Shown: one piece after another, positions 19,765 to 30,151 of the stretch
How the letters are laid out: each line of letters starts with the position of its first letter
Numbering within the stretch: the stretch's first letter is position 1
Assembly: GCA_964518955.1 (NCBI GenBank)
Contig: CAZFHS010000005.1
Span: 67,175-131,174, forward strand
Direction: 5' to 3'
DNA: 64,000 bases
Source of the DNA: an uncultured Gemmatimonadaceae bacterium
Lineage (GTDB): Bacteria; Gemmatimonadota; Gemmatimonadetes; Gemmatimonadales; GWC2-71-9
The notes under the pieces: generated by a model
What the model saw: only the letters and a program-made list of their open reading frames with translations
What the model was told of the DNA's origin: nothing
Databases searched by the model: none
Translations under genes and position numbers: made by a program

Positions 19765-21354
19765 GTGCCGGACATGGAGTTCGCCATGCCCCGAGCTACA
19801 ACGGGTCGAATCACGCCGGTTGTGCTGATAATCCGCGATGGATGGGGATACAACCCCAATCCTCCAGAGATCATAATGCAGCAGCAGAGCGCCATCGCCC
19901 TCGGGCGCACTCCAGTTCACGATCGCCTGGCATCCGAGAATCCCTGGAGTCTTCTGCACTGCTCGGGCGAAGAAGTTGGGCTGCCGCCAGGCCAGATGGG
20001 CAACTCCGAGGTCGGTCACCTGAACATCGGTGCCGGACGAATCGTCTATCAAGAGTTGGTGCGAATCACACGATCCATAGAGAGCGGTGAGTTCTTCGAT
20101 AACGCGGTGCTCCGCTCGATCATGGAACATGTCAAGCAACAGCGATCAACGCTGCATCTCATGGGTCTCTGCGGCCCCGGTGGAGTGCACAGCCACGAAG
20201 ACCACTCGTTTGCGCTTCTGGAAATGGCAAGACGCACCGGCCTGACCAACGTTCAGGTGCATTGCCTGATGGACGGAAGAGATACACCGCCCACAAGTGG
20301 AGCAGGTTTCGTTCAGAATACGGTCGACAAGTGCCGAGAAATTGGGGTCGGTCGTGTTGCCTCGGTGATCGGTAGGTACTACGCAATGGACCGCGACAAT
20401 CGCTGGGACCGCGTTGAGAAGGCGTACGCTGCGCTGGTTTACGGTGAAGGGAAAGTGAGATCCGACGCTGTCGAGGCAACGCGTGAATGGTACGCCGAAG
20501 GTACGACTGACGAGTTCATCCCGCCCACGTTGATCCGCGACACGGAGTCTGGTGAAGCCGGCACAATCCGCGACGGCGACGGGTTCGTCTTCTTCAACTT
20601 CAGGGGAGACCGTGCACGGGAGATCACAAAGGCACTAGTACTCGAGGACTTCGCCGAATTCGAGCGTCGGTCTAGGCCAAAGATTCAGTTGGCATGCCTC
20701 ACGGAATACGACGCGAAGTTGCCATTGCCAGTGGCATTCAAACCGGAACAGCTGAGTAACATCCTCGCGCACATTCTTGCGAACAGTGGTGTTACACAGT
20801 TTAGGATATCGGAAACGGAGAAATACCCTCACGTGACTTACTTCTTCAACGGCGGAGTGGAACCGCCGGTTGAGGGAGAAGAACGGCTTCTCATCCCGTC
20901 CCCAAGAGTGGCCACGTACGATCTGCAGCCCGAGATGAGCGCTTTCGGCATCACAGACACACTCACGGAACGGCTCAGGGAGAGATCGCACGACTTCTAT
21001 GCGGTGAACTTCGCCAATGGAGACATGGTGGGTCATACAGGTTCAGCCGAAGCGGCAGTCAAAGCCGTTGAGGCCGTCGACCAATCTGTAGGAAGAGTAT
21101 TGGAGGCGATTGAAGAAGTGGGGGGAGTTGCGCTGATCACCTCGGACCACGGTAACGCCGAGTGCATGGTTGCGGACGACGGACAACCCCACACGGCACA
21201 CACATCGTATCCGGTAGACATCACCTACGTTGGCCCCGACAAGGACATGGTCAAATTGCGGAACGGTACTCTTGCCGATATTGCACCGACGATCCTCGAG
21301 CTGCTGAACCTTCCTCAGCCTATGGAGATGACGGGAGCGACTCTGATCAAGTAG
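19765..21354 (+). CDS. gpmI: 2,3-bisphosphoglycerate-independent phosphoglycerate mutase
   Basis: VVLIIRDGWG, NSEVGHLNIGAGR, FNFRGDRAREI and ITSDHGNAE motifs. The start may be the downstream Met (MPRATTG). Confidence 0.9.
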   Translation: MPDMEFAMPRATTGRITPVVLIIRDGWGYNPNPPEIIMQQQSAIALGRTPVHDRLASENPWSLLHCSGEEVGLPPGQMGNSEVGHLNIGAGRIVYQELVRITRSIESGEFFDNAVLRSIMEHVKQQRSTLHLMGLCGPGGVHSHEDHSFALLEMARRTGLTNVQVHCLMDGRDTPPTSGAGFVQNTVDKCREIGVGRVASVIGRYYAMDRDNRWDRVEKAYAALVYGEGKVRSDAVEATREWYAEGTTDEFIPPTLIRDTESGEAGTIRDGDGFVFFNFRGDRAREITKALVLEDFAEFERRSRPKIQLACLTEYDAKLPLPVAFKPEQLSNILAHILANSGVTQFRISETEKYPHVTYFFNGGVEPPVEGEERLLIPSPRVATYDLQPEMSAFGITDTLTERLRERSHDFYAVNFANGDMVGHTGSAEAAVKAVEAVDQSVGRVLEAIEEVGGVALITSDHGNAECMVADDGQPHTAHTSYPVDITYVGPDKDMVKLRNGTLADIAPTILELLNLPQPMEMTGATLIK

Positions 21355-21512
21355 TTGAGCGCGTATCCTGGCTAGCGACCCGGTCCCAGCCGAGTACAAC
21401 AATCCGACCAACAGCCGCATCTAACATGCTGCACGAGAAACCGGAGCTTCTGGACTCGCGTAGTGTCTTTATCCACATGCACGAAAAACAACAAAGCCGG
21501 TGGGAGTGATTC

Positions 21513-24188
21513 TTGAGAACCTCAGTGCGAGAAATCCAAACTTCTATTGCCGGGGCGGCGCTCCTTGTCGCCTGCCTCGGGTCCATAGCACCAGCCCACA
21601 CGCAGGAGCAGTCAGTGGGGAGCAATGGTGGCCCATCGACACCGTTCGCCGTTGCGGTACGCGCTCTACCGACTGCACCGAACGTCGATGGGAAGCTGGA
21701 CGAAGCGGTTTGGCAAACGGCGCGTCCATTCAACGATTTCACCCAGCGCGAACCGAACGAGGGAGCACTGCCAACTGAGGAAACCGAAGTTCGTGTGCTT
21801 TACACCGATGCGGCGCTCTACGTGGCGATAAGAGCTTGGGATTCGCAGGCTGACGAAATCAAGGCACAACTCACCAGGCGTGACATGGAATCGCCGTCAG
21901 ACTGGCTAGGAGTGGCGATCGACTCGTATCGGGACAGGCGAACGGCATTTGTGTTTCTGGTCAACCCGGCGGGAGTGAAACGTGACATCTACTTCTTCAA
22001 TGATGGTGAGGAAGATGAATCGTGGGATGCGGTTTGGGACGTGGGCACTAGCCGAGACGATCGGGGGTGGACGGCGGAATTCCGCATACCCTTTAGCCAA
22101 CTCAGGTTCCCTAATGCAGAGCAACACAGGTTTGGCTTCAACGTCTACCGCCACATCATTCGTTCAAACGAAGAGCTCTTCTGGAGGGTTGCGCCCAAAG
22201 CAGAACCGGGATTCGTATCGCGCTTTGGTGATCTGGAGGGCATAGAAGGCATTCGTCCGCCACAACGAGTCGAGATACTCCCGTACACAGTGCTCACCGG
22301 AACACGGGAACCGGCAGAAGCAGGCAACCCGTTTCAAGACGGTTCGCACGGCAACGCGTCGATGGGCGGTGATCTGAAATTCGGACTCACGTCGAACATC
22401 ACCGTCGATGCGACGTTCAACCCCGATTTCGGGCAGGTGGAAGCCGACCCTGCGGTCGTGAATCTCACTGCCTTCGAGACTTTTTTCCCTGAGCGGCGTC
22501 CGTTCTTCAACGAGGGGATCGACATTTTCCGTTTCTCCATTGGGCTTGGGGACGGGGACATGGAGAATGAGAGCCTCTTCTACACGCGACGGATTGGCAG
22601 AGCCCCGCATGGAAGCGCTGATCCAAGGGATGGGTATGCCGAACAGATCCATCAAACGACGATCTACGGTGCGGCGAAAGTATCTGGCAGGACACCCGGA
22701 GGGTGGACGGTCGGTCTGCTGACAGCGGTCACAGCCGAGGAAGAAGCCCATGTAGTCGATGCCACGGGAAATCGTTTCGTCGACGTGGTCGAGCCGCGTT
22801 CCGAGTACATGGTGGGAAGGCTCGCTCGTGACTTCCGCGGCGGCCTGACTCAGGTGGGGCTGTTCGGCACTGCAGTGCGCAGGCATCTGCCCGACAACTT
22901 GCAGTATCTCCACAGCTCCGCGTACACATTCGGTCTGAATTGGAACCACAGATTCCTTGATGACACATATTCGTTCAGCGGGCGCTTGGTTGGCAGCAGG
23001 GTCGGTGGATCGGAAGAGGCAATCGAACGCACGCAACGATCAGCCGCACATCTCTTCCAGCGACCTGACGCAGACTATGTGACGCTCGATCCGACACGAA
23101 CATCACTTTCGGGTTTCGCATCTCAGGTTTCGTTCGGGAAGATCGCGGGCGACTGGAGGTTCTCAACCGGATTCGACACTCGTACACCGGGATTTGAATC
23201 GAACGATTTGGGGTTCATGCGGGAAGCCGACCGGACAATCCAGTGGGTCTGGATGCAACGGCGGTGGCAACAACCGGGTAAGGTCTTCCGGAGTTTCTTC
23301 CTGAACTTCAACCAATGGTCGGTATTCAACTACGGCTTGGATCGCGAAGCCTTGGGTGGGAACATGAATCTGCATTTCACACTGCTCAACTACTGGAACG
23401 GGGGCATGGGCTTCAATGGCGAATTCGAAGGGTTTTCTTCTGCTTCCTTGAGGGGTGGCCCCGGAATCATAAGGCCAGGTAACTGGAACCTATGGTTCAA
23501 TTTCAACTCGGACTATCGGAAGTCGGTGAGAGGTGGCATCGGCGGTCACTATGTGCGTATGCCGGATGATGGAAGCTGGGTGTGGGGTGTGAACCACCGT
23601 CTCTCTTGGCGTGTGGCAGGAAATCTCGATTTCACCGCGGCTCCCGGATTCAGCAAGCAGCTGGACACATGGCAATACCTGCGGACGGAAGACGTTTTGG
23701 GAGAAACCCGGTACATATACGGTGGGATCAGAAGAACCACGGCCAACATGACGTTTCGCGGCAACCTCACGTTTACTCCCAATCTCTCGCTCCAGCTTTA
23801 CATGCAGCCTTTCATAGCAACCGGCGCATATGAGAGTTACAGCAGAGTAGAAGATCCCCGGGGTGCAACTTGGGCGGATCGGATGGTGCCATTCGAGTCA
23901 GAGCAGATCGTTGTGGATGGCGGTGATGTCTTGATCGACATCGACAGCGACGGCACTGCTGACATGAACCTCGGCAACCCCGATTTCACGTACCTGTCGC
24001 TTCGATCCAACGCGGTCCTGCGGTGGGAGTATCTGCCTGGATCAACAGTCTTCTTCGTATGGCAACACGGGCGGTCAGACTATAGCAGTCAAGGCCAGTT
24101 CAACCTGAGAGATGGTGTAACCGACCTGTATGACGCCGAAGGTGCCAACACGTTCTTGGTGAAAGTGAACTATTGGTTGGGACGGTAG
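21513..24188 (+). CDS. DUF5916 / CBM9-like exported protein, paralogue 2
   Basis: TTG start with GGGAG upstream. Signal peptide. Same module order as paralogue 1 (VDGKLDEAVW..FTQREPNEG..RIPFSQLRFP). Ends VKVNYWLGR. Confidence 0.75.
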   Translation: MRTSVREIQTSIAGAALLVACLGSIAPAHTQEQSVGSNGGPSTPFAVAVRALPTAPNVDGKLDEAVWQTARPFNDFTQREPNEGALPTEETEVRVLYTDAALYVAIRAWDSQADEIKAQLTRRDMESPSDWLGVAIDSYRDRRTAFVFLVNPAGVKRDIYFFNDGEEDESWDAVWDVGTSRDDRGWTAEFRIPFSQLRFPNAEQHRFGFNVYRHIIRSNEELFWRVAPKAEPGFVSRFGDLEGIEGIRPPQRVEILPYTVLTGTREPAEAGNPFQDGSHGNASMGGDLKFGLTSNITVDATFNPDFGQVEADPAVVNLTAFETFFPERRPFFNEGIDIFRFSIGLGDGDMENESLFYTRRIGRAPHGSADPRDGYAEQIHQTTIYGAAKVSGRTPGGWTVGLLTAVTAEEEAHVVDATGNRFVDVVEPRSEYMVGRLARDFRGGLTQVGLFGTAVRRHLPDNLQYLHSSAYTFGLNWNHRFLDDTYSFSGRLVGSRVGGSEEAIERTQRSAAHLFQRPDADYVTLDPTRTSLSGFASQVSFGKIAGDWRFSTGFDTRTPGFESNDLGFMREADRTIQWVWMQRRWQQPGKVFRSFFLNFNQWSVFNYGLDREALGGNMNLHFTLLNYWNGGMGFNGEFEGFSSASLRGGPGIIRPGNWNLWFNFNSDYRKSVRGGIGGHYVRMPDDGSWVWGVNHRLSWRVAGNLDFTAAPGFSKQLDTWQYLRTEDVLGETRYIYGGIRRTTANMTFRGNLTFTPNLSLQLYMQPFIATGAYESYSRVEDPRGATWADRMVPFESEQIVVDGGDVLIDIDSDGTADMNLGNPDFTYLSLRSNAVLRWEYLPGSTVFFVWQHGRSDYSSQGQFNLRDGVTDLYDAEGANTFLVKVNYWLGR

Positions 24189-24225
24189 GAGAACATCGAA
24201 CATCGATCGGGAATCGGACCGAACT

Positions 24226-25263
24226 TCAGCTGGATGTTGGGCGTTCTTCGTGCCCCCCGGTTCCGAGGTAAATCGCGACCAACGCCAACACTGCGCCGAC
24301 GACCTCGATCCCCGCGGTCGGTCTGTCGAATAACACGACGTCCCAAACAAACGCCAGAGCGGGCTGCAACAGAAGCAACAGACCGGCTCGTGATGCAGTA
24401 AGGCCAGGAAGGCCTGTAGATATCAACACCCAACCAATTACATGGCACACGATCGCGTATGCAGCCAACAGGCTCCATGTGGTACCACTGGCAACAGCAA
24501 AGGTCTCCTTACCGATACCCACATAGCCCGCTAGGACAGCTGCACCGACGATTGAGATGATTGCGACAGTCACTACCGGCTCAGGTGCGTTCGGGCCAGA
24601 CTGCACGTGACGCAGCACGAGCAGAAAGGTCGCGTATAGCACAGCCGTTAGAGCACTACAGGCAACACCCAGCCGGTAAGACGCGTTGAACTCACCCCAT
24701 TCGAGTCCGAAGATTAGGAACAACCCGAGCATTGCCAAAAGGATCGCGACCGCCAATCGAAGAGTGAGGCGCTCCCCCAAGAAGAGAAGTCCGAAAGCGG
24801 TCAGCACGAAGATCTGGTGATTCCCCAGGACGGTCGCTAGCCCGGGACCTATGATCTGGATACTGACGTGCCATACCGAAAGGTCCAGCGCGACGATGAC
24901 CCCGCATACTCCTGCCAGTAGCCACGCTTTTGGCTGCAGCCGTTTCCAGTGCCCCTTGATCAGGGCGGCAGCCGTAAGCACGATTCCGCCGATCAAGAGG
25001 CGGTAGAGCGCCGCGGCCGATGGGCCGACGTCCACGACCTTCACGAACACCGGCGAGAAACTGATGAGGAATGCGCCAGCCGCAACTCGCGCTGTTGGCG
25101 ACACCGTGATTGTATCAGCGGAGCTCACTCGTTTTTCGCTCAAGACCGGCGACTCCCATAGGATTGTGGCGGTAGCATGGTACTCAAACCGGCGTGTCTC
25201 TGCGAGAGCACTTGATATGCGCAGGCACATTAGCGATGGTGCGCGGTCATGAAATTGGCGCAT
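24226..25263 (-). CDS. EamA/DMT-family transporter
   Basis: About 10 hydrophobic helices with the two-EamA-repeat pattern. The real start is probably downstream of 25263, because the ORF overlaps the divergent gene start. Confidence 0.75.
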   Translation of the reverse strand: MRQFHDRAPSLMCLRISSALAETRRFEYHATATILWESPVLSEKRVSSADTITVSPTARVAAGAFLISFSPVFVKVVDVGPSAAALYRLLIGGIVLTAAALIKGHWKRLQPKAWLLAGVCGVIVALDLSVWHVSIQIIGPGLATVLGNHQIFVLTAFGLLFLGERLTLRLAVAILLAMLGLFLIFGLEWGEFNASYRLGVACSALTAVLYATFLLVLRHVQSGPNAPEPVVTVAIISIVGAAVLAGYVGIGKETFAVASGTTWSLLAAYAIVCHVIGWVLISTGLPGLTASRAGLLLLLQPALAFVWDVVLFDRPTAGIEVVGAVLALVAIYLGTGGHEERPTSS

Positions 25264-27483
25264 CTGAGTTCGAAAACACCGGCGATCCTACCGCTGTTCG
25301 CAGGTCTAGGTGTTTCCATCCTGTTGAATGCCGCACCAGTTGCCGCTCAGGAAATCGCCAGACCATCCCTGTCCGCGGTGAGGCTAGAGGGTGATGCGAA
25401 CTACGTGGTCCTGGATGGACTGCTAAATGAGACATTTTGGCAAGATGCGCCTCTCGCCTCTGGTTTTCGTCAACGCGAACCGTCGGACGGCGCGGCGGCA
25501 ACCGAAGCAACCGAGGTGCGGGTAGCGTATGACGAGACAGCCCTCTATGTGGGCATTCTCGCGCGCGACAGTGACCCGGACGCAATAATCTCGCGGCTCT
25601 TACAGCGAGACAAACTGATGGCAGTAGATGAGTTCGGCGGCACCCCCATATTCACTGGTGACGACGCGATCGCGATTCTGTTCGACACTTTCCACGACCA
25701 TCGAAACGCAGTCGTGTTCGCCACCAATCCCAACGGTGCCGAATTCGAGGCACTCATCACCGACGAAGGTCGCGAGGTGAATGTTGACTGGCGCGCCGTG
25801 TGGGAGGTGAAAGCGCAAAGAACACCAGACGGGTGGTCTGCTGAATTCGTGATTCCTTTCCGCTCGCTCCGTTACCCCGCGGGCACGTTGGGAGAGGACT
25901 GGGGATTCAACGTCTATAGGGTCATACGACGCAAAAACGAGGAGGTACTCTGGAGCGGATGGTCGAGGTCCACCGAGGGGTTCCAGCGGATCAGCGCAGC
26001 CGGTCACCTAGAGAACCTCACTGACCTGCCGCGCGCGGGTATCAATCTCGAGGCAAAGCCATACCTGCTAGTCGGTGGAACTCAGGAGCAAACCGACGCC
26101 GGCATCGATACCGATCCGAAGCTCGAAGTTGGTGCCGATGCCAAATATGAGGTCCGACCTGGTTTGGTGCTCGACATGACGGTGAATACGGACTTTGCTC
26201 AAGTAGAGGTCGACGACGAACAGGTGAACTTGACGAGGTTTTCCCTTTTCTTCCCGGAGAAGCGTGAGTTCTTTCTCGAGAACGCGGGGATATTCGAGTT
26301 CGGGTTCAGGAGTTTCATGGAGCCGCCGCCATTCCTGCTTTTCTTCTCGAGGCAGATCGGCATCGCTGAAGACGGTGAGGTACCGGTGTTGGGCGGTCTG
26401 CGTCTTACCGGCAGGGTGGGCGCGCAGACAATAGGGCTGTTGAATGTCGTGACCGATTCGGCATACGACCAGGCTCGCACCAACTTTGCGGTTGCACGAG
26501 TAAAACGCGACATCGGTGACCGCCACTTCATAGGCGCCATGGTAACCGACCGCCGAGATCACAACGGGTGGAACACGGCTGGCGGGGTGGATTGGTCGTT
26601 TTGGCCAACCGGCACAATCAACGTTCAGGGTTTCGGCGTGAGAACCGGCACATCTGACGCCGGTGGCGATGATTTCGCTTACCGCACCAACGTGGATTTT
26701 TCAACCGATCGCGTCGGAGGCAACCTCCAACACATGATGATTGGGGCGGAGGCCACAGCCGACGCCGGTTTCATAACGCGAACGGACATGCGCCGAACTG
26801 ACGGCCACCTGCGGCTCTCTCCGAGACCACAGCTTTTGGGACTACGCAAGGTCGACCTGTTCACGACGGTCAATGTTGTTACGCGACTCGATGGATTGCT
26901 GCAAGATTGGGCATTTGGTACAGCCATCAGCCCGCAATGGAATTCCGGCGAAAACCTGATGGTGTACTACGGACGCGGGTTCAATCGCATTGACGAGAGT
27001 TTCGAACTCGGCGACGGTGTCGAGGTGCCCGCGGGCGATTACGACCTGTGGCAGTTGTTCGTGTTCGCCAATACCAGCGGCAACAGACCGATCGTCTTGG
27101 CAACACAGAGTATCGCGCAAGGGACCTTCGGTGGGCACGTGCTTTCCCTAAACGGCACACTGACCGTCAATCCGAATGCCAACATCTCGGTGGAAGCGCG
27201 ATACAATCGCAACTTCGTCGACGTGCCCGATGGTTCTTTCAACGCCGATGTAGCATCGATCCGGCTCTCTTACGCTTTTTCGACGAAACTCATTGCGAAC
27301 ACGCTTCTACAGTACAACAACCTGGACAACTCCGTGTCTGCTAACGTTCGGATCAATTTCATCCACTCGCCTGGCAGCGACCTGTTCATAGTGTTCAACG
27401 AGCGCCGCGGAAACGACAACGCGTTGTGGGACTTTGACGATCGCGGAGCGGTATTGAAGTTGACGTATTTGGCGAGGTTCTGA
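25249..27483 (+). CDS. DUF5916 / CBM9-like exported protein, paralogue 3
   Basis: Signal peptide (LLNAAPVAAQE) and LDGLLNETFW..FRQREPSDG..VIPFRSLRYP. Ends LKLTYLARF; a terminal Phe is typical of beta-barrel OMPs. Confidence 0.7.
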   Translation: MKLAHLSSKTPAILPLFAGLGVSILLNAAPVAAQEIARPSLSAVRLEGDANYVVLDGLLNETFWQDAPLASGFRQREPSDGAAATEATEVRVAYDETALYVGILARDSDPDAIISRLLQRDKLMAVDEFGGTPIFTGDDAIAILFDTFHDHRNAVVFATNPNGAEFEALITDEGREVNVDWRAVWEVKAQRTPDGWSAEFVIPFRSLRYPAGTLGEDWGFNVYRVIRRKNEEVLWSGWSRSTEGFQRISAAGHLENLTDLPRAGINLEAKPYLLVGGTQEQTDAGIDTDPKLEVGADAKYEVRPGLVLDMTVNTDFAQVEVDDEQVNLTRFSLFFPEKREFFLENAGIFEFGFRSFMEPPPFLLFFSRQIGIAEDGEVPVLGGLRLTGRVGAQTIGLLNVVTDSAYDQARTNFAVARVKRDIGDRHFIGAMVTDRRDHNGWNTAGGVDWSFWPTGTINVQGFGVRTGTSDAGGDDFAYRTNVDFSTDRVGGNLQHMMIGAEATADAGFITRTDMRRTDGHLRLSPRPQLLGLRKVDLFTTVNVVTRLDGLLQDWAFGTAISPQWNSGENLMVYYGRGFNRIDESFELGDGVEVPAGDYDLWQLFVFANTSGNRPIVLATQSIAQGTFGGHVLSLNGTLTVNPNANISVEARYNRNFVDVPDGSFNADVASIRLSYAFSTKLIANTLLQYNNLDNSVSANVRINFIHSPGSDLFIVFNERRGNDNALWDFDDRGAVLKLTYLARF

Positions 27484-27544
27484 TTGCTCGACCCTCTTAC
27501 CTCTCCTTCCTAACCCCCCTACATTCCACCCCGTCTATTCACCA

Positions 27545-29218
27545 GTGAGATTTCCAATGACCAGGATTCGCCGCCTTCTCGGCACTACCGCACTCGTTGT
27601 AACCGGTATGTCCATGACCGCCTGTGATAATCAACAAACCGACCTTCAGAATCTCGTCGACCAATATGCGACCGTTCGTCTCACAGCTGACCTGAGCACG
27701 CTGAGTGAGCGCGAGCGCCAGATGATCCCCATCCTCATCGAAGCCGCAGAACAGATGGACCCGATCTTCTGGCAACAAGCCTTCGGGAACAAAGACTCGC
27801 TGTTGGCCACGATCGATGACCCGGCGCTACGCCGGTACGTCGAGATCAATGTTGGTCCGTGGGACAGGCTAGCCGGAGACGCTCCGTTCATTGAAGGAGT
27901 TGGCCCCAAGCCAGCCGGTGCCAATCTCTATCCGCCGGATCTAACGAGAGAAGAATTCGAAGCAGCACTCGATGCACCGCCCGAGGTGGCGGAGTCACTA
28001 CGCAGCCTCTACACATTGGTGCGGCGCCGAGACGACAACAGCATCTATCCCCTACCCTATCACGAGGCGTTCGCGGAACACGTCAATGTCGTTTCTGAAA
28101 AGCTGGCGGAAGCCGCCACTCTTGCGGACGATCCGGGTTTGCGCCGCTATCTGGAATTGCGTTCAGAGGCCATTCTGACCGATGAATACCGTGAGAGCGA
28201 CATGGCCTGGATGGACATGAAAGACAACACCATCGAGGTCGTTATAGGTCCTATCGAGACCTACGAAGATGGCCTCTTCGGATACAAGGCAGCCTACGAA
28301 GCCTACGTGCTGATCAAGGACAGGGAGTGGAGCGACAGACTGTCACGGTTCGCCACACTCCTGCCGGACCTCCAACGCGGCCTGCCGGTCAACGACGCAT
28401 ACAAGAGGGAAACCCCGGGCACCGGATCTGATTTGAACGCATATGACGCGGTGTACTACTCCGGCGACGCAAATTCGGGTTCGAAGACAATCGCGATCAA
28501 TCTGCCGAACGACGAGGTGGTACAACAAGAGAAGGGCGCTCGCCGGCTTCAACTCAAGAACGCCATGCGAGCCAAATTCGACCAGATCCTCGTCCCGATC
28601 GCTCAGGAGCTAATCGCCGAGGATCAGCTGCAATACATCACATTCGACGCCTTCTTCGAAAACACGATGTTCCACGAAGTTGCCCATGGACTGGGGATCA
28701 ACAACACCATCAATGAACGCGGCACCGTGCGCGAAGCCCTGCGCGAACATGCTTCCGCCATAGAAGAGGGCAAGGCCGACATACTCGGCCTTTACATGGT
28801 CACCAAGCTGCGGGAACAGGGGCATCTCACCGAGGGCGTAGTCGAAGACAACTACGTCACTTTCATGGCTGGGATATTCCGCTCGGTGCGGTTCGGAGCA
28901 TCTAGCGCTCACGGCCGGGCGAACATGGTGCGTTTTCACTTCTTTGAAGAGCAGGGCGCTTTCAGCCACGACGAGGAGACCGGCAAGTACCGTGTGGACT
29001 TCGGCAGAATGGAAGCGGCAATGGAAGCTCTGTCGGAGCTCATACTCACCATTCAGGGCGACGGCGATTATGAGGCCGCTGGCGAATTGCTGGAAGAAAA
29101 GGGCATGGTCGGCCCCGCTCTCCAGGCTGAACTCGACCGGCTCGCCACCCTAGGCATTCCGGTCGACATCGTCTTTGAGCAAGGTATGGCGGTACTCGAA
29201 GAGGGTGCGACACACTAG
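27545..29218 (+). CDS. M49 (DPP III)-like zinc peptidase lipoprotein with pentapeptide HEXXH motif
   Basis: Lipobox GMSMTAC. FHEVAHGLG plus downstream EEGKADILG resemble the two M49 zinc-binding motifs. Confidence 0.55.
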   Translation: MRFPMTRIRRLLGTTALVVTGMSMTACDNQQTDLQNLVDQYATVRLTADLSTLSERERQMIPILIEAAEQMDPIFWQQAFGNKDSLLATIDDPALRRYVEINVGPWDRLAGDAPFIEGVGPKPAGANLYPPDLTREEFEAALDAPPEVAESLRSLYTLVRRRDDNSIYPLPYHEAFAEHVNVVSEKLAEAATLADDPGLRRYLELRSEAILTDEYRESDMAWMDMKDNTIEVVIGPIETYEDGLFGYKAAYEAYVLIKDREWSDRLSRFATLLPDLQRGLPVNDAYKRETPGTGSDLNAYDAVYYSGDANSGSKTIAINLPNDEVVQQEKGARRLQLKNAMRAKFDQILVPIAQELIAEDQLQYITFDAFFENTMFHEVAHGLGINNTINERGTVREALREHASAIEEGKADILGLYMVTKLREQGHLTEGVVEDNYVTFMAGIFRSVRFGASSAHGRANMVRFHFFEEQGAFSHDEETGKYRVDFGRMEAAMEALSELILTIQGDGDYEAAGELLEEKGMVGPALQAELDRLATLGIPVDIVFEQGMAVLEEGATH

Positions 29219-29257
29219 AAAAAAAAATCCCCGCCTCCGCGCATTCCGAGGCGGGGA
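29219..29257 (-). terminator. rho-independent terminator (minus strand; hairpin shared with the convergent plus-strand gene)
   Basis: 10-bp GC-rich stem TCCCCGCCTC/GAGGCGGGGA, followed on the minus strand by nine T (A9 at 29219-29227 on plus). Confidence 0.7.
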
Positions 29258-29286
29258 TGATCCCCTGGCGGGAGCAATCTCAGTCG

Positions 29287-29910
29287 TCAATTATTACGTT
29301 CGCGAATCCTGCGGGTTGCCTTGCGAACGTCTCTGCGAATATCGTCGCGCAGCCTCTCCATGTCTCGCCGAAGTTCTTGCCGGTCCAGACAATCACCATG
29401 GCTGTTTGAGCCGCAGGGCACCAGATCTGGCTCAACCAAGAGAGTAGTCGTGCGCTCGGTCCCATCGAAGACAACGCTGCCAAATGGTACGAGGCCGTCT
29501 ACCTCGGATACACAGTGCATCACGTGCTTCAAACCTTCAGTGAAATCGCCCTCCAATGCCTCCGGATCCGCCTGAAGGTTGCACTCGCTCAGGTGTGCTA
29601 GATGGCCGGAATTTGGCACACTTACGACTATGCGCAGACTGTCCACTCCGCCCGGCTCGGTGCGAAGAACGACAATACTATTGTATTTCCCGACCCTATC
29701 ACCATCGACGTACAGGTTCGATATGATGGGCACGGACCCGACCCTCAGTTCAACCGGTCCGGAACTGTGCTCCAGGCTGTCTCCCCACATCTCGATCTGA
29801 TTGATCAACTCGGAGCCCTTGCGGATGCCAATGGCGCTGGCGACACCGACCACTAGTATCAATGGCGCGCCGACGGTTACCAACAACCTGCGTACCGGTT
29901 TCATGGCCAA
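29287..29910 (-). CDS. hypothetical exported/membrane-anchored protein
   Basis: 207 aa. N-terminal hydrophobic segment (LLVTVGAPLILVVGVASAIG). No family recognised. Confidence 0.5.
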   Translation of the reverse strand: MAMKPVRRLLVTVGAPLILVVGVASAIGIRKGSELINQIEMWGDSLEHSSGPVELRVGSVPIISNLYVDGDRVGKYNSIVVLRTEPGGVDSLRIVVSVPNSGHLAHLSECNLQADPEALEGDFTEGLKHVMHCVSEVDGLVPFGSVVFDGTERTTTLLVEPDLVPCGSNSHGDCLDRQELRRDMERLRDDIRRDVRKATRRIRERNN

Positions 29911-30151
29911 TCTCCCTGGGAATTCTTCAATGAGGTACGTAACTCTTTACGTGGTCCGGCGTAACGTGGTTTCACGGGCGGGCAAGAGAACGTTCAACGA
30001 GCAACGCATCGGTTGTTATTCATATGCTTCTTCACCGCTGATCGCTGCTCGTTGTTCGCTGCGCCTCATTCCCTCCCTCCGCTTCAACTTGACACTACCA
30101 CCCAGCCACACTTAGCTCTCATTGGCTCCTTTCTTGACGGCGGAGAACAGA

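Noticed and set aside
22164-23036. 290-aa minus-strand ORF (similar cases at 49555-50391, 14081-14716, 7694-8311 and 16023-18400)
   Set aside because: All lie inside longer, family-assignable or signal-peptide-bearing ORFs on the other strand. They are high-GC shadow frames.
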